Assembly (NCBI GenBank): GCA_018623305.1
Contig: JAAZVR010000001.1
Coordinates: 1 to 27,434, forward strand
DNA from: Thiotrichales bacterium
GTDB lineage: Bacteria; Pseudomonadota; Gammaproteobacteria; JAAZVR01
DNA length: 27,434 nucleotides
Direction of reading: 5' to 3'
Shown here: positions 19,091-25,448 of the stretch, one piece after another
Position numbering within the stretch: position 1 is the first letter of the stretch
Layout of the letters: every line of letters starts with the position of its first letter
Notes under the pieces: generated by a model
The model's database searches: none
What the model was told of the DNA's origin: nothing
Seen by the model: the letters and a program-made list of their open reading frames with translations, nothing else
Position numbers and translations under genes: made by a program

Positions 19091-19717
19091 ACGCCAAATA
19101 CAACTGAGTGCCAACTATTTCGTATCGATGTCGAAATTCCATTTGTCATCACTAAAAACGAAGGTGGAGCGTGTGAGCTGACGGCTAGAGGCCGCAATGT
19201 AATGCATAGGCGTGTCAGTGAAGAGTATTTCAATCAACTCAATGAAATGTCGAGCATGATTACTTCGAATATCCAAAAAATTTCAGGAAACAGCCTGGTT
19301 GTAGCTAAAACGCTAAATTTGTTGCGAAACCAGATTTCGACACTTCAGGACATAATCTTCAACAGTAATTTGCCTGAATCTTTGGGGTTACCCACAAAAC
19401 AAGTGAATTTAAGTGCCAGTGGCTTTAGCACTATCGTGCATGAGCATTTTATAGTCGACGATATGCTGTGCATCAATTTGAAGATTCCAAATGAATCGCC
19501 TGTATTTACTTACCATGTTCCAAATGACTCGAACGAACTTAAAAAAACCTCTATTTTGATTGCAATCGCACGTGTCGTTAGAGTGGAAGAAACTGATTCA
19601 GGTCGATTAATTGCGGCTGAATTTTCACACCTCAATGATGAAGATCAACGAAGACTCTCTAAATTCATCCTGAAACAGGAAAGCCAAAAAATCCAAGAAC
19701 AAAAATATGGACACTAA
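19091..19717 (+). pseudogene. PilZ-domain protein, probably degenerate (mutated start; longest ATG ORF is 19202-19717)
   Basis: C-terminal PilZ features VNLSASG, ARVVRV, IAAEF..L...DQRRL.KFI. The frame stays open upstream to 19079 and encodes TPNTTECQLFRIDVEIP. SD AAGAGGT (19077-19083) lies 7 nt before ACG at 19091. Confidence 0.6.
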
Positions 19718-21199
19718 TTAATAAACACGTCCACGAAAAGCCAAGGTCGCTATGAGGCCTTGTTTTTCAATTTCTCCTCGTGCATGTAGATCACTCCATG
19801 TTTGCGCAGTCTTCAGCCAACGATAATAGGCTCGATTGGATAATTGATATTGATCCGCAACTCGGCCTAGCCACTGCCTCAATTCTCCTCGATCAGGAAT
19901 CAATTCATCAACTTGTTGGCTGGTCAACTCTCGATTTAAACAACCTTGTCTTTTATATTGCTGAGCTTGTGCATTAGAGACTTTGTCTTGAATTTCATAA
20001 CTAGACACTTTCTCTACAGGCATTTGATTCAACTCTTCGATTGACATCCTCGGCACCTCGATATGCAAATCAATCCTATCTAGAAGGGGTTCAGAGAGTT
20101 TTGACCGATATTTCTGAATTTGAGCCTGAGTCAGTTGATACGACTCTTCATCTGTGACAGGGTTCATTGCCGCAATCAATTGAAAATCCGCTGGATACGT
20201 TAATTTGAGATCCGATCTAGATAAATGCACCTCTCCGCTTTCCAAAGGCTCTCGAAGCATATCCAATACATGCCTTGAGAACTCAGGCAATTCATCCAAA
20301 AAAAGAACATTACCATGAGCTAAAGAAATTTCTCCTGGAAAAATAGCATTTCTTTGACCGCCTCCTACGAGCGCCGCAGCTGAAATGGAGTGATGCGGCG
20401 AGCGCATATAAGGCTGCGTCAATGCCTCTCTTTTAATGTTTGCCAACGAATGTAAGGCTTGAGACATCATCACTTGCGATGACGTTAAAGGCGGCATAAT
20501 GCCAATCAGCGCATTCGCTAGTAAGGTTTTTCCTGAACCAGGTGGACCATACATCAAGGCGCCATGTCGACCTGCAGCTGCGAGCATAATAGCTTCTTTT
20601 GCTGTAGTCAGGCCCTTAATCATAGACCAATCAACTTTAGGTTTTAAATGAACACTTTCGCGCCCATCCAAGACTTGGGGCGAATATTTTTCTGGAGCCA
20701 CTATAAACTCGCAGACTTCTGCAAGAGTGTCAAACGCAAAAATACGTTTAAAACCCAACCCCTTCAATCCCTCGCATTGTGTTTTCGAGACAACGATCAA
20801 CCGCTCTGACTTTTGTGCTTGATAAAGTGCGGGAAGAACCGCCTGAGCAGCACGCAAATCGCCACTCAAGGATAATTCTGCGTAAAACTCAAACCGCTCT
20901 AAATCAGAAACTTGAATTTGTTCTGAGCATTGCAACAACCCTATCGCAATTGCTAGATCATAACGTCCACCTCGTTTTGGGAGCTCCGCAGGTGCTAAAT
21001 TGATCGTGGTTCGCCGAGGTGGTAAATCAAAGCCCGATTGTTGAATCGCACTTCTCACTCTATCCTTACTCTCACGACCGGTCGTTTCAGACAATCCGAC
21101 CGTATTCAAACTGGGCAACCCACCCGCCATATGCACCTCAACCTGAACTAAGGGCGCATCGAGCCCTATTTGTGCTCTTGAGTAGGTGGTTGCCAGCAT
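19718..21199 (-). CDS. comM: ComM/YifB family Mg-chelatase-like AAA+ ATPase
   Basis: Motifs A.LVQVEVH...GLP....VGL, RVRSAI..SGF..P.RR.TINLAPA.LPK.G..YDLAIA, GPPGSGKT, HHS.S..ALVGGG, PGEISLAH..VLFLDELPEF and PLLDRID. Located downstream of ubiK. Confidence 0.93.
   Translation of the reverse strand: MLATTYSRAQIGLDAPLVQVEVHMAGGLPSLNTVGLSETTGRESKDRVRSAIQQSGFDLPPRRTTINLAPAELPKRGGRYDLAIAIGLLQCSEQIQVSDLERFEFYAELSLSGDLRAAQAVLPALYQAQKSERLIVVSKTQCEGLKGLGFKRIFAFDTLAEVCEFIVAPEKYSPQVLDGRESVHLKPKVDWSMIKGLTTAKEAIMLAAAGRHGALMYGPPGSGKTLLANALIGIMPPLTSSQVMMSQALHSLANIKREALTQPYMRSPHHSISAAALVGGGQRNAIFPGEISLAHGNVLFLDELPEFSRHVLDMLREPLESGEVHLSRSDLKLTYPADFQLIAAMNPVTDEESYQLTQAQIQKYRSKLSEPLLDRIDLHIEVPRMSIEELNQMPVEKVSSYEIQDKVSNAQAQQYKRQGCLNRELTSQQVDELIPDRGELRQWLGRVADQYQLSNRAYYRWLKTAQTWSDLHARGEIEKQGLIATLAFRGRVY
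19742..19767 (+). terminator. Possible + strand terminator embedded in comM 3' coding sequence
   Basis: CAAGGTC (19742-19748) / GGCCTTG (19756-19762): 7 bp with one G-U pair, followed by TTTTT (19763-19767), 25 nt after the PilZ stop. Confidence 0.4.
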
Positions 21200-21202
21200 G
21201 AA

Positions 21203-21433
21203 TTATCCTTTCAAATTTTTTTCCTCCAACTCTGAAAGACGCGCTTCTAATGATTCAATTCGGCTTTGCGCGCGATTAAGTCTAGTCTCTTGAACCTCTA
21301 ACTCTTCTCGCATCACCACATTCATTTCATCCAAAACTGTGCGTAATGTACTTTCAATTTGAAGCTTTATATCGTGAGTAACTGGCAGTTGGCCCACCAC
21401 GCCCTCAATCTTTTTTGTTATTTTATCTAACAT
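21203..21433 (-). CDS. ubiK: Ubiquinone accessory factor UbiK (YqiC/BMFP family)
   Basis: 76 aa with M.VV.REE.EVQ...L......IE.LEARL.ELE coiled coil, in the conserved position directly upstream of comM. Confidence 0.85.
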   Translation of the reverse strand: MLDKITKKIEGVVGQLPVTHDIKLQIESTLRTVLDEMNVVMREELEVQETRLNRAQSRIESLEARLSELEEKNLKG

Positions 21434-21491
21434 TTATTTACCTGTCTACTCTACGTAGAAAAAAATTATAATCAAGTCAACATTCATTATA

Positions 21492-21510
21492 TTGTGTAAC
21501 AATTACACAA
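21492..21510. repeat. Perfect 8-3-8 inverted repeat TTGTGTAA-CAA-TTACACAA
   Basis: Read directly from the sequence in the divergent ubiK/fliL intergenic region. Confidence 0.5.
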
Positions 21511-21973
21511 AAAAGAGCATAGATAAGAACATCAGACTCTGGTTATTTATTATCAGTTTAGCCCTGTCCTTCCAAGCAAAAGCTACTGATGGCGTAGATG
21601 CTGGCCCTGTTTACAATGTTGACTTAGATATGATTATCGTTAATCTTAAACAACCTTCAAATAAAAAGCACCTCATCATTAACACTCAGTTAATTCTGAA
21701 AAGCCCGATCCAGCATTAGAAGACGATGCCACGGACAAGTTTGAGGAAGAGCACGCAGCTGCATCAAAAATCATTCAAGATTACATGCTGTCAATCAAAC
21801 ATGAGTTAATCTTTTTATTCCGAGAACAAACTGGCGAATTACTTAGCACTCGAGAAGGTGTAAAACAACTTCGCACTGAAGCTATAGAATCAGTCGCTGA
21901 AATTATTGAAGAAAACAGATGAACCCCAGAAATGCTTCAGTAAATTGTTTTCACTAAATTCGTGATGCAGTAG
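21492..21973 (+). pseudogene. fliL: FliL-like flagellar basal-body-associated protein, disrupted
   Basis: Frame A reads ...LWLFIISLALSFQAKA...MIIVNLKQPSNKKHLIINTQLIL. After a -1 shift at the A4 run (21699-21702), frame B reads KPD...SIKHELIFLFREQTGELLSTREGVKQLRTEAIESVAEIIEENR*TPEMLQ*IVFTKFVMQ-stop, with TGA 21920-21922, TAA 21941-21943 and final TAG 21971-21973. The true start is uncertain. Confidence 0.85.
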
Positions 21974-21980
21974 GAGCTGG

Positions 21981-22094
21981 CTATTGAGCGGGCGAATCAT
22001 TGCCCGATAGCATTCCTGCACTTTTTGAGACCACAAACCTGCATGAGCAACGCTCGCAGATAGTGCGCCAAGCAAAACCAAAAAGTTTCTGCAT
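21981..22094 (-). pseudogene. Possible remnant of a small secreted-protein gene
   Basis: ATG 22094 lies 2 nt after the SPOR stop with SD AGGGA 6 nt upstream. Removing one T from the T5 run (22084-22080) yields the signal peptide MQKLLVLLGALSASVAHA-GLWSQ. The unshifted frame closes with TAG at 21983-21981. Confidence 0.35.
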
Positions 22095-22096
22095 CT

Positions 22097-22954
22097 TTAA
22101 TCCCTAACGAATAATGTATCAATTTGTTGATTTCGTAAGGATTTCTGCAACTTTCTTGCCTGTTCTTGACTCATGCTTGGGGTTTGCAAACGAAATACAC
22201 TTTTACTGTTCACTTTTGCAGCTAAGATTTGCGTTTCAATGCCCTTCAAAATCAGTTCTGCACGAAGTTTCTCTGCATCATCTAATGATGTAAAAGAAGC
22301 TATTTGAAGGCGATAGTTTTGATTTACAACTGGCTTAGGCTGACTCACTTCTTTTTTAGAAGGCTTTGCTATTTGAGCCGGCTTCTCTGCCGCTTTGTAC
22401 TCCAGCGTCATCACGTCCGCCCCCATCTTACGGAATCGAGAACGGTATTTACGAGCCTCACGTTTACCCGTATAAGGGCCTGATTTAAGAATGTAATAAC
22501 GACCTGAACGCTCCATCCAAACCGAATAACCCTGCAAAGCAAATCGTGCCTTTTCACGCTCAGCAACCTCTCGTTTTCCAAAGGCGCCCACCTGAAGAAC
22601 ATACTGTTGTTCAGGATCAAAATTTTGATTCAGCTCTTCAACATCAACTTCAACTTGCTGAGACTTCAATCGATCATGAAAATCTAAATATTCACGCTTT
22701 TGAATCGGCTGTTCAGCTCGGGACGCTTGAGAGTTTTCAGGTGTCTGCTCTTTAGTTTCAACAAGCTCTTGAGCCAGCTTTTGGGTAGGCTTAACAATCT
22801 CTTCTTGAACGGTTGGATACAACGCCCAAATACCAAAAAAGATCGCTAGAACCCACGGCAAAAGCACCATTAGGCGGTGCTTGAATTTAGAGGGTTCAGG
22901 CACTTTAGGTTTTACAGAAGGTGCCTTTTTTTTCGGTGCTTTTTTCTCAGCCAT
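22097..22954 (-). CDS. FtsN-like cell-division protein with two SPOR domains
   Basis: Basic N-tail, one TM segment (LLPWVLAIFFGIWAL), a YLDFHDRL..Q.VEV segment, and two SPOR repeats (YVLQVGAF...GPY; YRLQIASF...). TAATG overlap with argS. Confidence 0.8.
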   Translation of the reverse strand: MAEKKAPKKKAPSVKPKVPEPSKFKHRLMVLLPWVLAIFFGIWALYPTVQEEIVKPTQKLAQELVETKEQTPENSQASRAEQPIQKREYLDFHDRLKSQQVEVDVEELNQNFDPEQQYVLQVGAFGKREVAEREKARFALQGYSVWMERSGRYYILKSGPYTGKREARKYRSRFRKMGADVMTLEYKAAEKPAQIAKPSKKEVSQPKPVVNQNYRLQIASFTSLDDAEKLRAELILKGIETQILAAKVNSKSVFRLQTPSMSQEQARKLQKSLRNQQIDTLFVRD

Positions 22955-24714
22955 TACATTGAATCAGGCGCGCTGACTCCTAATAGTTTCAAACCATTTT
23001 TCAACGTTTGTTGCGCTGCTTTAACCAAGACCAAACGCGCATTACGCAATTCGGCTTCGTCGACAATAAACGCATGAGCGTTGTAATAAGAATGCAATGC
23101 GTGCGCTAATTCACGCAAATAATGCACCATCAAATGCGGCTCGTGATTCATCGCAGCATTATTGACCGTTTCAGGGAATTTAGCCATGGCTGTCACAAGT
23201 GTATCTTCATGCTCTTCCGTCAAGCGCTCAAGATTCGCCAAGCCCATGGCTTCATCATAAATAAAGCCTTTATCAACCAACTGGTTCATCACCGCTGAAA
23301 CGCGAGCATGCGCATATTGAATGTAGTAAACAGGGTTTTCATTGCTTTGAGATTTTGCCAAATCCAAATCAAAATCCATGTGCTGTTCTGATTTACGCAT
23401 TACGTAGAAAAAACGCGCCGCATCCGTTCCAACTTCTTCACGCAATTCACGCAAAGTAACAAACTGACCTGAACGAGTGGACATCGCCACTTTTTCACCG
23501 CCACGGAACAAAGAAGCAAACTGAACCAACAACACCTCAAGCGCATCTGGATTGGTATCCATTGCCGTCATTGCAGCTTTGACACGGGGTACATAACCGT
23601 GGTGGTCTGCGCCCCAAACATCGATAATTTTTTCAAAGCCACGCTCAAGCTTGTTAAAGTGATAAGCGATATCCGATGCAAAGTAAGTTTTAATGCCGTT
23701 ATCACGCACCACAACTCGGTCTTTCTCATCGCCAAAATCGGTTGATTTAAACCAAAGCGCACCGCCTTTTTCATAGACAAGGCCTTTCTGTTGCAACTTT
23801 TCAATCGCCGCATCCACCAAACCTGACTCAAACAATGAACGCTCTGAGAACCAGTTCTGGAAATCAATACCAAACTCACTCAAGTCTTCTTTGATGTCAG
23901 TCAGAATCACATCCAATACCGCTTTATGAATGATGCGGTAATCGGTCTCACCCAATAAGGCCTTAGCGTTTTCAATCAAACCATCAATGTGCGCTTCTTT
24001 ATCACCACCCTCTTCGCCTTCATCGGCAGGGACATTAGCCATCACTTCATCCGCTGAACGCTTAAACTGCTCACCGTGTTCAGCCAATAATTCGCGCGAA
24101 GTCGTCCAAATGTAATCACCTTGGTAACCGTTTTTCGGAAAGGTCACAGCAACTTCACATAAATCCAAATAACGCATCCATACAGACGTCGCCAAAATAT
24201 CCATCTGACGACCCGCATCATTGACATAATATTCACGCGCAACATCGTAACCGACCGCTTCCAACAAATCCGCTACACAAGCGCCATAAGCCGCTCCACG
24301 ACCATGCCCAACATGCAAAGGCCCAGTTGGGTTCGCAGAAACAAACTCTACCTGAACCGATGCACCTTGCCCCGCATTCGAGCGACCAAAATCCTCACCT
24401 TTCTCAACAACTTCGTTCACAACGGCAAATTTTTCTTCTGCCTTAACGAAGAAATTAATAAAGCCAGGACCTGCGATTTCGATTTTCTCGATTTGATCAT
24501 CGGTCAACAAGGGCTGCAACATCTCAGCCACCGCGCGTGGCGCTTTACCCGCAGGCTTTGCCAACATCATCGCGACATTCGAAGCAAAATCCCCGTGTGA
24601 CTTATCTTTGGTGCGATCGACTTGAATACGAGGCGCAATATCCTCAGGCAATTGACCTTGTTCGATCAAAGTTTGAAGAGCTGATTGAATGCGATGAGCA
24701 ATGTGTTGTTTCAT
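22954..24714 (-). CDS. argS: Arginyl-tRNA synthetase
   Basis: Motifs HGDFASN, IAGPGFINF, VEFVSANPTGPLHVGHGRGA, YYVNDAGRQ, YFASDIAYH, WGADHHGY, MSTRSGQF and YYIQYAHAR. Confidence 0.98.
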   Translation of the reverse strand: MKQHIAHRIQSALQTLIEQGQLPEDIAPRIQVDRTKDKSHGDFASNVAMMLAKPAGKAPRAVAEMLQPLLTDDQIEKIEIAGPGFINFFVKAEEKFAVVNEVVEKGEDFGRSNAGQGASVQVEFVSANPTGPLHVGHGRGAAYGACVADLLEAVGYDVAREYYVNDAGRQMDILATSVWMRYLDLCEVAVTFPKNGYQGDYIWTTSRELLAEHGEQFKRSADEVMANVPADEGEEGGDKEAHIDGLIENAKALLGETDYRIIHKAVLDVILTDIKEDLSEFGIDFQNWFSERSLFESGLVDAAIEKLQQKGLVYEKGGALWFKSTDFGDEKDRVVVRDNGIKTYFASDIAYHFNKLERGFEKIIDVWGADHHGYVPRVKAAMTAMDTNPDALEVLLVQFASLFRGGEKVAMSTRSGQFVTLRELREEVGTDAARFFYVMRKSEQHMDFDLDLAKSQSNENPVYYIQYAHARVSAVMNQLVDKGFIYDEAMGLANLERLTEEHEDTLVTAMAKFPETVNNAAMNHEPHLMVHYLRELAHALHSYYNAHAFIVDEAELRNARLVLVKAAQQTLKNGLKLLGVSAPDSM

Positions 24715-24753
24715 GATAGCCGTGTAAAATCCAGATTAAAATTAGTAATAATT

Positions 24754-25425
24754 TTAACGGATTTTACGCATCAAATTGAGACCATCTGCAATGGAAAGTA
24801 AGACGTTTTCAACGCGATCATCTTGAGCAATGCGCTGATTTAAAGCATCCAAAGTCAAGGCACGCTTGTCATCTTCAGGTTGAGTAACCGAGCCACTCCA
24901 AAGCGTGTTATCAATGGCGATAAAACCGCCGACTTTAATGTGCTCTAAAGCCCAATCGTAATATTGCGGGTAACTGTTTTTATCGGCATCAATAAACACA
25001 CCGTCAAACTCGCCTTCGAGCTGAGCCAAAGATTTCAGGGCCCTACCTAAATGAAGGGTGATTTTGGAGCCATGTTCTGATTGGTCAAAAAACGATTGTG
25101 CAAATTCAGCTGATTCAGGATTCGATTCCAAGGTATGGACTTCTGAACCCTCTGGCATGGATTGAGCCATCGACAAAGCTGAATAGCCCGTAAAAGTACC
25201 GATATCCACTACTCGACGCGCGCCCGTCCAAGCGACCATCATCGACAACAAACCACCGACCACTCGACCTGATAAATTATGTGGAAAGCGTTTATGTTGT
25301 TCTGTCGCCTTGACTAGGTCTGCAAGAACGCCCTGCTCTGGCGATGATTGAAAATGGCTGTACTCAAAAACATCAGGACGCACGATTTCTGCATCCCTCA
25401 TTTTCGACCAGTAATGGTTATTCAT
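24754..25425 (-). CDS. Class I SAM-dependent O-methyltransferase (caffeoyl-CoA OMT-like, Methyltransf_3)
   Basis: Motifs DIGTFTGYSAL, FIDADK..Y..YY, GG.IAIDNTLWSG and DGL. SD AAGGAG upstream. Confidence 0.9.
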   Translation of the reverse strand: MNNHYWSKMRDAEIVRPDVFEYSHFQSSPEQGVLADLVKATEQHKRFPHNLSGRVVGGLLSMMVAWTGARRVVDIGTFTGYSALSMAQSMPEGSEVHTLESNPESAEFAQSFFDQSEHGSKITLHLGRALKSLAQLEGEFDGVFIDADKNSYPQYYDWALEHIKVGGFIAIDNTLWSGSVTQPEDDKRALTLDALNQRIAQDDRVENVLLSIADGLNLMRKIR

Positions 25426-25448
25426 TCAAAGCTCCTTAAGCCCTTTAC

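Noticed and set aside
21699-21702. Pseudogene lesions as long-read homopolymer errors
   Set aside because: fliL also has two nonsense substitutions, other scars involve deletions, and the core genes with many homopolymers are intact. Read mapping is still needed.
21843-21851. TTAGCACTC, the left half of a CIRCE element (also GAGTGCTAA at 14477-14485)
   Set aside because: Each lacks the partner half-site 9 nt away and lies inside coding or pseudogene sequence, not upstream of a chaperone gene.
21890-22081. 63-aa minus-strand ORF as an intact gene
   Set aside because: The TTG has no SD and its 3' third overlaps fliL antisense. It is better explained as the shifted frame of the stub starting at ATG 22094.
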